Source of the DNA: a virus
Strand: one strand, 5' to 3'
Virus record (IMG/VR): IMGVR_UViG_3300022843_000001
Location: 1-64,000 of that record
Length of the DNA: 64,000 nt
Both the position numbers and the translations under genes were made by a program. This document shows, piece after piece, positions 1 to 9,354 of this stretch. Within the stretch, counting starts at the first letter, position 1. Each line of letters opens with the position of its first letter. The notes below the pieces were generated by a model that was not told where the DNA came from, ran no database searches, and was given only the letters and a program-made list of their open reading frames with translations.

Positions 1-124
1 GTCTTTCTTCAGCGGTCTCATCGACCATTCTTACTCCTGCAATAACATCGTTGATGAGTGCTATTGAGTGACCCATTGCTGTAAAGTCTTGTAGTAATTC
101 TACTTCAGTTCTTTTTTCGTTCAT
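1..124 (-). CDS. Small tail-fibre-associated protein, N-terminal part (MNEKRTEVELLQDFTAMGHSIALINDVIAG..., runs off window edge)
   Basis: ATG at 124-122 overlaps fibre stop; open frame to position 1; resembles small proteins that follow chaperone-tipped fibres in marine phages. Confidence 0.6.
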   Translation of the reverse strand, partial: MNEKRTEVELLQDFTAMGHSIALINDVIAGVRMVDETAEER

Positions 125-3100
125 TTTGTCTGTCCTTCTAAGGTTAAAATACGGGCTTCTAAATCATCGTTCTTGGTTGATAGTTCTTGTAACGCTTTGA
201 CAAGCACTGGGATTAATGCTGTATCCACCATGCGAAGTTTGTCTTCGTCTTCATTGTCTACAATGACGGGGCTATCACCCTCAAGCGCCAATACGTCTTG
301 AGCTTTGAAGCCATAGCGCACACCGCCATTGGTTTCTTCAGAGTCCCGCGCAGTGCGGAACTGATACGCCGTGGGCTGCAACGCTTTGACAAACTCAAGG
401 CCGTGGGGAACAGGCGCGAAGTTAATCTTGTCCCGCGCATCTGACACAACTGTCCATGCCACTTGAATGTAGGCATTGGTAACACCCGTCGAACCCATGC
501 AAAAACGGTTATTTTCGGTCGTTGGGTTGAAGACTGGTGCGTTAGAGCCTGCTGAATTGCGCGGATTGATTGCTGTGTTTCCGCTACCCGTGGTGTTGCT
601 ATAGAGCGCGTCTGCTCCACTAGCTGTGTTGTCACTACCCGTGGTGTTGTTATAAAGGGATGTGTATCCACTAGCTGTGTTATTAACGCCTGTCGTGTTG
701 CTATAAAGTGCGCTTCGTCCACTAGCCGTATTATTAACGCCCGTGGTGTTGCTATAGAGCGCGTTAAGTCCACTAGCTGTGTTGCTATGACCTGTGGTGT
801 TGTTATAGAGTGCGTTTACTCCACTAGCTGTGTTGCTATATCCAGTAGTGTTGTTATAAAGGGATGTGTATCCACTAGCTGTGTTATTATATCCTGTCGT
901 GTTGCTATAAAGTGCGCTTTGTCCACTAGCCACGTTATTAACGCCAGTAGTGTTGCTAAAGAGTGCGTTTTGTCCACTAGCTGTGTTGTTACTACCAGTG
1001 GTGTTGCTATAGAGTGCGCTTCGTCCACTAGCTGTGTTGCCACTACCAGTAGTGTTGTTATAGAGTGCGTTTACTCCACAGGCCGCGTTGTTATATCCAG
1101 TAGTGTTTAGATAAAGCGCCCGAAACCCACTAGCAATGTTGTTATATCCTGTGGTGTTGCTATAGAGTGCGTCCCTCCCACTAGCCGTGTTGCTAGTACC
1201 AGTAGTGTTGCTATAAAGTGCGTTTTGTCCACTAGCCGTGTTATTAGCGGCCGTGGTGTTGCTATAGAGTGCGTTCAACCCGATGGCGGTGTTGCTACTA
1301 CCCGTGGTGTTGCTATGGAGCGATTGTAACCCACTAGCCGTGTTATTATTACCAGTAGTGTTGGTTTGAAGTGCGTCTTGTCCACTAGCCGTGTTATTAA
1401 CGCCTGTAGTGTTGCTATAAAGTGCGCTTTTTCCACTTGCAATGTTGTTATATCCAGTCGTGTTGCTATAAAGTGCCTCTGTTCCACTAGCTGTGTTGCT
1501 ATATCCAGTGGTGTTGCTATAGAGTGCGCTTTGTCCACTAGCTGTGTTGTTATATCCAGTCGTGTTGCTATAAAGTGCCTCTGCTCCACTAGCTGTGTTG
1601 CTATATCCAGTGGTGTTGCTATAGAGTGCGCTTTGTCCACTAGCTGTATTATTATATCCTGTCGTGTTAGAACCTATTGAACTTGTTCCGACAGCAGTAT
1701 TATGAAAACCAGTTGTGGTGGCATATAAAGATTGGAAGCCTATAGCTACGTTATTATTTGAGGTGGTGCCCGAGGCTAACGCACTTTCCCCTATTGCAGT
1801 ATTTTGTGTTCCAGTAGTAAGAAGTCCACCAGATTCACTGCCAATAAAAGTGTTTCTTGCACCAGTAGTAATAGCATCACCTGCGTTATAACCAACTGCC
1901 GTGTTGTTACTACCTGTAGTGTTGGTATAGAGCGCCCGAAACCCACTTGCTGTGTTATTATCGCCTGTGGTAATCGCAGTTCCTGCACCATCTCCAATCA
2001 GCGTGTTATTATTACCACCTGCAACGATTGAGTCGCCAGCGCCAGCGCCTGCCACAAAATTGCCTGTTCCTGCTGTGACCGATGATATTCCTGCCGTTGT
2101 AATGTTGCCTGCCATAGTACCACCAGCTTTAGGAAGTGCTGCATTGGCTACATTAGATACAAGCGTATCTTTAGCATCAATCTGAGCTTGGGTGTAAGTA
2201 TCTGAAGATTCAAATACACTATAGGATGAAACTTCAAATACATCATTTAATGTAGCACCAGTAGTTAATGTAATACTATCAGCAGCAGCGTCACTAGTAA
2301 AGTCAGTTGTCTTTGATAATTTTACACCATTTAAAAACACCTGAATAGAGGTCGAGCTTGAAAATTGTAACAGCAAAGAATTGTCATCGTTTCCTACAAA
2401 AACCGTTTGTCCGGCCGTGGCAGTGTAGACAAAATTTTGCACAAGCCCAGGTGTTGCACTTGGGAATGGAAGTACTGTACTAACCAAAGCAAGTATTTCT
2501 ACACCATTTATTGGTGGGTTGTTAAACGTAACTGAAGTATCCGAGCTAAGTATATATTCAGATCGAGGTCTTAGCACACCATCATAATAAATAGTCAGTG
2601 CATCATTAACACCACCATAATTAAACCCTGCCGCAGGTGCAAAGTCAGATGCAGAAAATGTAGTCTTAACACCATTACCGGTCGCTATAAATTCTGTTGA
2701 AGTTGTCTGCGCGGAAAGTATAACAACTTCAAATACTTCTATTTTAATAGAACCAGAAGCAGGAGGAGATGTAAAAGTGACTACATCCGAAGACGTTTCT
2801 GTAAAATCTGAATCATCTGCCCGCATACCGTTAACATATATCTTAATGGTGCGAGTAGCAATATTATAATTGAAATTAGAAGGAGTAAAGTCAGACGCAG
2901 AAAATACGGTCTTTACGCCGTCACTTGTTGCTATAAACTCTTTTCCGCCATAACCTGCGACTTGATTTTGCCATGATGCACTAGTTCCATCAATCGCGGT
3001 AAGTACCTGATTTGCGGTAGGTGCAGCAGAAGCAGATATAACAACCGCGGTTGTTGCCGTTGTGAGTGCGTCTATTCCACCTGTTGCTGTGACTGCGCCA

Positions 3101-3594
3101 CTAATCGTTGTGTCGCCATTGCCGTTGACTGTAAACTTGTTAGCACCATCACCAGCCTGAATAGCCAACACCAAATCCGTATCTAAAGCACTGCCTCGTC
3201 TTATAGAAAGAGCACCCTTCGAAGCATTAGTTGTTATTTCGGGTGATGCTGTGGATGCCTCATATGTATCTTGTAAATTACCCGCTGTGTCTTCTGACTG
3301 CCATCCATTAGTTGCGTCATATGTTAATACTTGGCCTTCCGTAGGAGACATAGATGTAAAAACATCCGTCAGACTCGCTAAAGTAGAAGTAGGTGGCGGC
3401 AGTATGGAAGCTGGTAGAAGATTGTCGGCACCTATTATAGGGATGCTTCCATCAACCGTTCCTGTATCTAATGCCGCGGCAGTACCAACAGCAGACGTCT
3501 CGACTTTGTCAGTGTTTAGATTGACAAAATTGGCATCGATCTCATTGTTAGTTAATAATGCCCCTTTACCGCTTCTGGTAGTTATAGTAGACAT
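121..3594 (-). CDS. Tail fibre with 17-aa beta-helix/YadA-like repeats and C-terminal intramolecular chaperone (peptidase S74)
   Basis: N-term TITTRSGKGALLTNNEIDANFVNLN typical of T4-like virion proteins; 27 NTASGxxALYSNTTG repeats; C-term SDARDK...GFKAQDV...LIPVLVKALQEL + coiled coil. Confidence 0.9.
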   Translation of the reverse strand: MSTITTRSGKGALLTNNEIDANFVNLNTDKVETSAVGTAAALDTGTVDGSIPIIGADNLLPASILPPPTSTLASLTDVFTSMSPTEGQVLTYDATNGWQSEDTAGNLQDTYEASTASPEITTNASKGALSIRRGSALDTDLVLAIQAGDGANKFTVNGNGDTTISGAVTATGGIDALTTATTAVVISASAAPTANQVLTAIDGTSASWQNQVAGYGGKEFIATSDGVKTVFSASDFTPSNFNYNIATRTIKIYVNGMRADDSDFTETSSDVVTFTSPPASGSIKIEVFEVVILSAQTTSTEFIATGNGVKTTFSASDFAPAAGFNYGGVNDALTIYYDGVLRPRSEYILSSDTSVTFNNPPINGVEILALVSTVLPFPSATPGLVQNFVYTATAGQTVFVGNDDNSLLLQFSSSTSIQVFLNGVKLSKTTDFTSDAAADSITLTTGATLNDVFEVSSYSVFESSDTYTQAQIDAKDTLVSNVANAALPKAGGTMAGNITTAGISSVTAGTGNFVAGAGAGDSIVAGGNNNTLIGDGAGTAITTGDNNTASGFRALYTNTTGSNNTAVGYNAGDAITTGARNTFIGSESGGLLTTGTQNTAIGESALASGTTSNNNVAIGFQSLYATTTGFHNTAVGTSSIGSNTTGYNNTASGQSALYSNTTGYSNTASGAEALYSNTTGYNNTASGQSALYSNTTGYSNTASGTEALYSNTTGYNNIASGKSALYSNTTGVNNTASGQDALQTNTTGNNNTASGLQSLHSNTTGSSNTAIGLNALYSNTTAANNTASGQNALYSNTTGTSNTASGRDALYSNTTGYNNIASGFRALYLNTTGYNNAACGVNALYNNTTGSGNTASGRSALYSNTTGSNNTASGQNALFSNTTGVNNVASGQSALYSNTTGYNNTASGYTSLYNNTTGYSNTASGVNALYNNTTGHSNTASGLNALYSNTTGVNNTASGRSALYSNTTGVNNTASGYTSLYNNTTGSDNTASGADALYSNTTGSGNTAINPRNSAGSNAPVFNPTTENNRFCMGSTGVTNAYIQVAWTVVSDARDKINFAPVPHGLEFVKALQPTAYQFRTARDSEETNGGVRYGFKAQDVLALEGDSPVIVDNEDEDKLRMVDTALIPVLVKALQELSTKNDDLEARILTLEGQTK
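586..1962 (-). repeat. 51-bp (17-aa) tandem repeat array, 27 units
   Basis: Units read directly from translation; 102-bp near-exact duplication at 1451/1553. Confidence 0.9.
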
Positions 3595-3600
3595 AGTTTA

Positions 3601-4047
3601 TTATGTAATTGTAATTTTCCAAGTAATCGCCAAGCTGTCGTCCGAACCTTTGTTGACAACACTAAAAACAGTTCTACATGCCATAGTACCACCAGAAGCG
3701 GCATTAAAAATTGCGGCTTCTACAATAGCACCAGTAGAAACACCAGGGCCGAAAGTTGCGGTATATGTAACTTCTGCATCAGAAACTGCATCAGCAAGAG
3801 CAACTCGTGATCCTGTTTCTGTTGACAAAGTACTTTGCCCGACAACAGCAACAGTGTTGTCAGTACCTAACGCCATATGAGACATAATTGGAGTACTGCC
3901 TTGATCATTGATCATACGAGAAGCAATAAATTCCTTACCTGTAGTTACAACTAAATTGTTGACAGTTTTGTCTGCCTTGATCTTTCCATCAGGACCAGTT
4001 AAAACCATTTGTAAACGGCCTGTCGCGATAATGTTTTCTTTAATCAT
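3601..4047 (-). CDS. Virion structural protein (tail/baseplate-associated)
   Basis: NLVVTTGKEFIASRM...MALGT...EAAIFNAASGGTM motif pattern common in phage tail proteins; late promoter upstream. Confidence 0.7.
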   Translation of the reverse strand: MIKENIIATGRLQMVLTGPDGKIKADKTVNNLVVTTGKEFIASRMINDQGSTPIMSHMALGTDNTVAVVGQSTLSTETGSRVALADAVSDAEVTYTATFGPGVSTGAIVEAAIFNAASGGTMACRTVFSVVNKGSDDSLAITWKITIT

Positions 4048-4091
4048 TTTTAAAATCTCTTTGGTTGGTTGGTTTGTTTGTTATGTAAGGT

Positions 4092-4099
4092 TATTTATA
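4092..4099 (-). promoter_or_regulatory. T4-type late promoter TATAAATA
   Basis: Exact box upstream of 4047 ORF. Confidence 0.7.
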
Positions 4100-5965
4100 T
4101 CAAAACGATCTTGTGTCTCCAACATAATCTTCGGCAAAATAATCACTTGCATAACCTTGATTATGTAAAGAACCTTCGTCTGAAGCAATCACATCTTCAA
4201 TATAAAGATTACCGGCTGTAATAGATACATTTTCAAATGCTGCCGTTGAATCTGAAAATTCTGTTGTAAATGATATAGATAAATTATCCGAGACAGGTTC
4301 GTCTTCATTTAAAGCAGTGGCATAATCCAAGAATAAAGTGTCTGTGGTGTTTGGTGTTTCGACAAACGATCTATTCGCGGCAAAAACGAATGTAGGTGTA
4401 TCAGCAACCGAAGAGTCGTCCAAAAATGATTTGCCAATATTCCAATTAAACTCTTCTGTTGGTTGCGAGGAATCGATTATTGATCTGTATGCATTAAATG
4501 TGACGTTAAAATTCTCGGATGCGTTCACACTTTCATTCGATGTTTTGTAATATTCCCAAGTAATGCCGTCAGGTACACCTATCAAATCTTCGACGCTAGC
4601 TTCGTCTTCTATTGATTTAAATATATCAAATTTCTGATCATCACTTGAAGAAAAAATGTCGGTAAATTGCTTTGTAGGCATCATGGACAATTGATCACTT
4701 GAAGAAAAAATGTCGGTAAATTGCTTTGTAGGCATCATGGACAATTGATCACTTGAAGAAAAAATGTCGGTAAATTGCTTTGTAGGCATCATGGACAATT
4801 GATCATCACTTGAAGAAAAAGAATCTGTTATTGATTTAAATATATCAAATTTCTGATCATCAGTTGAAGAAAAAATGTCGGTAAATTGCTTTGTAGGCAT
4901 CATGGACAATTGATCATCAGTTGTATAAAAAGAATCTGTTATTGATTTAAATATATCAAATTTCTGATCATCAGTTGTAGAAAAAGAATCTGTTATTGAT
5001 TTAAATATATCAAATTTCTGATCATCAGTTGAAGAAAAAATGTCGGTAAATTGCTTTGTAGGCATCATGGACAATTGATCACTTGAAGAAAAAGAATCTG
5101 TAAATGTTGTCCCATACGCCAAGGAAAGAAAATCCTCTAATCCATAACTATCATTAAACTCTCTTCTGAAATCTACAACCCGTTCAAAAACTTCAGAAGA
5201 AATTAAAGTGTCGCTTAATGCTTTTATAGAATCTACAATTATCAAATCAGATAAAGATTGGTAATCAATAAAAGGTTTTGTGGAAAGTATATGAACTACG
5301 CTTGCCGTAGAAACGTTGTCTATAAACGCAGTTTTATCTAAATATTTTGATATTAATTCTTCGGGTGCAATATAATCATTAAATATTCTATTAAAATCAA
5401 TTGACAGAGCAATTAAATCTTCGTTTGTTGTAAAATCCACAACAGGTTTGCTTAACAGAAGATCTGTGTTGTCCAACGATTCTAATGCGTCATTAAGATC
5501 TCTATTGAAATCCGCAACCAGAGTTATGTTGTCCGTGGCTTGTTGCGTCTCCGCAACAGACTTGATAAATTCAATTAATGATGAATCTTCGTTATTTGTC
5601 GAATCATTAAAGGACATGTTAAATGATAACGATAGAAGATCTGCCAAAGATACGGTATCAACTGGGGCCGACAATGACACATCAAATGATATAAACTCGG
5701 CCGTTAATATTGTTTCGTTAGGAGATCTTGCAAAGTCCGATATGTAACTAAATTCATCGGTAGGAGAACTTAATATATCTGTAAAGGCCTTTGTTGGTGT
5801 AAGACTAAATTTTTCATTAACAAATGTATCTTCGTCGATCAGATGAAAAGATCTTAGTACAGTACCGAGTACTGCAACACCCATAAAAGGTGTAAGATAA
5901 TCTACCTTTGATTTACCTACAAAGTTATCATAGGTGATCTTAATATCTGAAAACTTTTTAGTCAT
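4100..5965 (-). CDS. Acidic Ser/Asp/Thr-rich repeat virion protein
   Basis: Long ORF in tail module; ~18-aa periodic D/S/F repeats. Confidence 0.7.
   Translation of the reverse strand: MTKKFSDIKITYDNFVGKSKVDYLTPFMGVAVLGTVLRSFHLIDEDTFVNEKFSLTPTKAFTDILSSPTDEFSYISDFARSPNETILTAEFISFDVSLSAPVDTVSLADLLSLSFNMSFNDSTNNEDSSLIEFIKSVAETQQATDNITLVADFNRDLNDALESLDNTDLLLSKPVVDFTTNEDLIALSIDFNRIFNDYIAPEELISKYLDKTAFIDNVSTASVVHILSTKPFIDYQSLSDLIIVDSIKALSDTLISSEVFERVVDFRREFNDSYGLEDFLSLAYGTTFTDSFSSSDQLSMMPTKQFTDIFSSTDDQKFDIFKSITDSFSTTDDQKFDIFKSITDSFYTTDDQLSMMPTKQFTDIFSSTDDQKFDIFKSITDSFSSSDDQLSMMPTKQFTDIFSSSDQLSMMPTKQFTDIFSSSDQLSMMPTKQFTDIFSSSDDQKFDIFKSIEDEASVEDLIGVPDGITWEYYKTSNESVNASENFNVTFNAYRSIIDSSQPTEEFNWNIGKSFLDDSSVADTPTFVFAANRSFVETPNTTDTLFLDYATALNEDEPVSDNLSISFTTEFSDSTAAFENVSITAGNLYIEDVIASDEGSLHNQGYASDYFAEDYVGDTRSF
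4612..5100 (-). repeat. Interleaved near-identical 54-57-bp repeats (DQLSMMPTKQFTDIFSSS x5, DQKFDIFKSITDSF x4)
   Basis: DNA-level near identity visible in sequence. Confidence 0.9.
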
Positions 5966-5974
5966 CGGAGATTG

Positions 5975-6319
5975 TTATCTCGTAACGCCAGCAGTGACTG
6001 TTATAATTCCTTCAACAGCTCTGTATTTTTCTCCTTCTCCACTGATAACAACAAGATCATACATATATCGCCCAGGTTTTATTAATGCGGTCTGTTCGTC
6101 AGTCAACATCATATACACCTCACCTAACATAGGTTGAGGAACACTACAAGTCATCGCCGCGGTTACTGTGCTTGAAGATGCAGTCTTTCTAATTTGTGCA
6201 GTTGGCTCGCCATAACCTGTAAGATTATATGCCTCATAATTATTTCCGGCCGCGACAAGCGTAATCTTTACAGAAAATGTAGAGCCTTGATCGATTGTTA
6301 AGTTTTTTACAATTGCCAT
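5975..6319 (-). CDS. Small virion/baseplate-associated structural protein
   Basis: NLTIDQGSTF...AQIRK...GRYMYDL...RAVEGIITVTAGVTR pattern, widespread in T4-like phages. Confidence 0.75.
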   Translation of the reverse strand: MAIVKNLTIDQGSTFSVKITLVAAGNNYEAYNLTGYGEPTAQIRKTASSSTVTAAMTCSVPQPMLGEVYMMLTDEQTALIKPGRYMYDLVVISGEGEKYRAVEGIITVTAGVTR

Positions 6320-6321
6320 AG

Positions 6322-6681
6322 TTACATATCTTTAAATAGCCATGATACGGAATTTAGTTCATTGGCTGAAAGTTTAATGTCATTACTTAAAGATTCAACA
6401 TCAAGAGTTTTAACGTCTATATCGATATCTGAAAATAACATTTCGTTTAATTCCTTTTGAAACGTGTCCATATTCTCTTCTTTGATATTGGTATTACCTG
6501 TATCTTCATCTGCTTCACCATACGCGACGAACAATGCTTGTCGCTTTTCCTCGAACATCTTAAACACTTCATTGACTTCGACTACATTCTTCGACAACTT
6601 GATGGCTGCAGGCAATGGTAAATCCATCGCGGACAGTTTTTCTAATGTACCCTTTGCGTTAATTATATCATACGTTTTCAT
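6322..6681 (-). CDS. Hypothetical protein (helical, tail-associated)
   Basis: Clean ORF with late promoter upstream. Confidence 0.6.
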   Translation of the reverse strand: MKTYDIINAKGTLEKLSAMDLPLPAAIKLSKNVVEVNEVFKMFEEKRQALFVAYGEADEDTGNTNIKEENMDTFQKELNEMLFSDIDIDVKTLDVESLSNDIKLSANELNSVSWLFKDM

Positions 6682-6719
6682 TTAGTTCACTTTAGTTAAG
6701 TTATATTATTATACCTATT

Positions 6720-6727
6720 TATTTATA
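6720..6727 (-). promoter_or_regulatory. T4-type late promoter TATAAATA
   Basis: Exact box in intergenic gap. Confidence 0.65.
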
Positions 6728-6731
6728 TTGA

Positions 6732-7178
6732 TTAGATGTTCTTATAAAGAAATAATTCATTATAACCATTATAACCCGCCTGCCCGGTATAATCACCAAG
6801 CGGTTTAAAATCAAGTTTGTTAAACATTTCTCTATTAGAAGGACTGCTGATAACAGTCACAAGTAAAGGATTCTGTTCAAGCACGTAGGACATTCTAGCA
6901 TCAAACAATTTTCTATAAATGCCTTGCCGTCTATGTACTTTAGGTACAAGTGAACTTCTTAAATACCATATGTGGGGTTCCAAATACTCGGCGGCACAAC
7001 AACCCACAAAGTTGTCGTCATCATCGTATGCTAACCACCATGTAATATTCTCAGGGTTATCCATGTGGAATCGAGTTCGGCCAACCCCAAAAAATGACTG
7101 TTCCGATTCCTCAAAATAGTCATACATGAAGTCAGCACCTGCGTTGTCCATCTTAATTCGTTTTATTGATATGTTCAT
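6732..7178 (-). CDS. GNAT-family N-acetyltransferase
   Basis: VPKVHRRQGIYRKL acetyl-CoA binding motif A; WWLAYDDDDNFVGCC beta-strands. Confidence 0.8.
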   Translation of the reverse strand: MNISIKRIKMDNAGADFMYDYFEESEQSFFGVGRTRFHMDNPENITWWLAYDDDDNFVGCCAAEYLEPHIWYLRSSLVPKVHRRQGIYRKLFDARMSYVLEQNPLLVTVISSPSNREMFNKLDFKPLGDYTGQAGYNGYNELFLYKNI

Positions 7179-8215
7179 TCAAATCCCTTATCTGTAAAAA
7201 ACTTAGGATAGTTCAAATCCTTCATAGTTATGTTATTACTTATAATCTGTATGATCATGTACCTTTGTATCTCATCAGGTCTATCACGCAGCTCAGACTG
7301 TCTTAGATGCATATTAGGGTCTGTTGCCGACCGGCGCTGTATCTGTTCTACGGTAGTGAAGGGGTCAACATCATCATGTATACCACTTATGAAATCCAAT
7401 CCCTGAATGATTCTGAGAGGATTGCTTTCTTCGGCAAACATCGACCTAAGATATCTTAACGGAAAATCAATCATATTTTTAAGCACGATAGGATTTTCAG
7501 TTGAAGAAAACAACCTAAACTCAATAGTTTCTTCCTTTGCCGCCATATGACCATAGTTAAACATCGGCCGGACAATCTTACTCTTATCTGTAGTGCAAGT
7601 TGGGGGTTTACTTAAAGGCGCTCCATTATGTAGAGTGTGTATTATTTCAGATACAGTTGCCTTGCTATCAAGATTTCTCATGTTCTCGATAACCCATTCG
7701 GGGTATATGGTCATCTTCTGTTTGGCCACATAACGAGCCCAATATATTAAATGTGCTTTCAATTCGTCGGAAAGTGCATTTAAATTAGGCAGCTCACGTT
7801 TTTTGGTCATATTGACCAAAAACTGAGATTCCCATTGACGACTCCATAGTATCATTCGTTTCAATAAATCAGGTCGTTCTAACAACTTAGGTATTCTTAC
7901 ATGCATGTGAAGGCCGTTAGTACCTGCCACCTTATCCTTTAAGTGCTCGGGTATTAGATACTCTAATAAACTCGTTATTGAACTTAATAGTTCCGCTTCT
8001 GAATTTTCAGGTTTTAGTTGTAATTCACCACCAAACATATTTAACTTTAGAGTTCTATCACAAAACAAACCCGATGGAGTTATCGGGTAGTCTTCTCTTT
8101 TGCAATATACCGTACCTTCAGGTAAGGGAAGATGCCTATCCAAAGCACCGCTTTCATATTCCATACCAAAAGTTGTACCTTCAAATAAGTCGTCTATTTC
8201 AGACGGAGACATCAT
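7175..8215 (-). CDS. Putative amidoligase (COOH-NH2 ligase, glutamine synthetase/GCS-like fold, Amidoligase_2-like)
   Basis: TFGMEYE, GGELQL, GLHMHV, NYGHM..TIEFRLF motifs. Confidence 0.7.
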   Translation of the reverse strand: MMSPSEIDDLFEGTTFGMEYESGALDRHLPLPEGTVYCKREDYPITPSGLFCDRTLKLNMFGGELQLKPENSEAELLSSITSLLEYLIPEHLKDKVAGTNGLHMHVRIPKLLERPDLLKRMILWSRQWESQFLVNMTKKRELPNLNALSDELKAHLIYWARYVAKQKMTIYPEWVIENMRNLDSKATVSEIIHTLHNGAPLSKPPTCTTDKSKIVRPMFNYGHMAAKEETIEFRLFSSTENPIVLKNMIDFPLRYLRSMFAEESNPLRIIQGLDFISGIHDDVDPFTTVEQIQRRSATDPNMHLRQSELRDRPDEIQRYMIIQIISNNITMKDLNYPKFFTDKGFE

Positions 8216-8217
8216 AT

Positions 8218-8481
8218 CTAAAGAGGCAGACCTTTTCGAGCTATCAGTTCAGCCGTTACTTCTTCTGTTGCCCATTCAGGAACTGAGGGTACGTCTGGAA
8301 CTTCGGTTAAGAAATATTTTCTGTATTGTTCTTCCGTCCACTCATTCTGTTCAGCTTCAAGTGGTATAGCATGGTTTCTTAAAAGTGTAACTTCTGCATT
8401 CGTCGACGAATGCCATTCTAAAAGCATAGTTGCGGTACTTGCATCGGTTCCTACAACTTTAAAACTGTCATATTGTATCAT
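8218..8481 (-). CDS. Hypothetical protein
   Basis: ORF tightly coupled to neighbours (4-nt overlap, 2-nt gap). Confidence 0.6.
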   Translation of the reverse strand: MIQYDSFKVVGTDASTATMLLEWHSSTNAEVTLLRNHAIPLEAEQNEWTEEQYRKYFLTEVPDVPSVPEWATEEVTAELIARKGLPL

Positions 8482-8918
8482 GATTTTCTCTCTTTGTTAA
8501 ATTTGTCGTATATTGTCATAGCCAATGCCTGATCTCCATACATAGGGTAATTTGGATTAGGCACGGTTATATGTACTCTATGTGTGACTTCAGGAAAATA
8601 GTCACTGGGTTGACCATATCTAGAACACCCAACTATATATACCGCATCTCCGGGATGCTCAAAATTTCCAAGTTCTACCGACTCAACACCTTCGTCATAT
8701 TCTTGAATCGCTACTACCGGTCGATTGCCGTATATTTGCGCTTCTTCGGGTTCAAAAATAAGTTGGCCGCTCAATCCATATATAGCACACAACTGCACAT
8801 AATGATCTTCGAATCTTGCCCTATCTTTTTCAGCTTCAGACTCAGGCATTGGATAAAACCCCACAACCGTTATATTAGGTTGGCAATTTTTAGTTAGATT
8901 GGTATTTATTTTATACAT
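8478..8918 (-). CDS. SPOUT (TrmH-like) methyltransferase-fold protein, paralog 2
   Basis: VVAIQE..LGNFEHPGDAVYIVG..RVHITVP..GDQALAMTIYDK matches SPOUT C-terminal knot pattern; start at 8918 overlaps upstream stop. Confidence 0.5.
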   Translation of the reverse strand: MYKINTNLTKNCQPNITVVGFYPMPESEAEKDRARFEDHYVQLCAIYGLSGQLIFEPEEAQIYGNRPVVAIQEYDEGVESVELGNFEHPGDAVYIVGCSRYGQPSDYFPEVTHRVHITVPNPNYPMYGDQALAMTIYDKFNKERKS

Positions 8919-9351
8919 TGAATCTCTCTTTACTAAATTTATCATATAACGCGATAGCTAGTACCTGATCTCCGTATATAGGGTGTTCAGGATTTCCAGT
9001 TGGTATGTGAACTTTGTGTGTAATTTGAGAAAAATGTTCACTGGGCCAACGATATTGTGAATTACCTACTATATATACCGCATCCCTAGGATGTTCAAAA
9101 TCAATTAGGGATACAGATTCGTCGCCTTCAACGACTTCTTGTATTGCCACCACAGGCCGATTGCCGTATATTCTCGCTTCGTCAGGATGATTTATTAACT
9201 GTCCTGAAACTCCATAACCTAAGGTCAGTGACAAATAGTGAGAGGTAAATCTGCGTTTAACCTCCTCATGATTACATTCTGGAGTTGGATAAAATCCTAT
9301 GATCTTCACATTAATGTCGGCTACTTTTTTTATAATTTGATCGTGAATCAT
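8911..9351 (-). CDS. SPOUT (TrmH-like) methyltransferase-fold protein, paralog 1
   Basis: LIDFEHPRDAVYIVGNS..KVHIPTG..VLAIALYDK; clearly paralogous to next ORF. Confidence 0.5.
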   Translation of the reverse strand: MIHDQIIKKVADINVKIIGFYPTPECNHEEVKRRFTSHYLSLTLGYGVSGQLINHPDEARIYGNRPVVAIQEVVEGDESVSLIDFEHPRDAVYIVGNSQYRWPSEHFSQITHKVHIPTGNPEHPIYGDQVLAIALYDKFSKERFNV

Positions 9352-9354
9352 TAT

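Noticed and set aside
586-1962. Possible CRISPR array or DGR variable region
   Set aside because: Units are in-frame coding repeats with no unique spacers; no reverse transcriptase or template repeat in the window
258-2185. Many alternative-frame and antisense ORFs over the tail fibre repeat
   Set aside because: Shadows of the 51-bp repeat; Cys/Ser-rich nonsense translations with no starts or motifs
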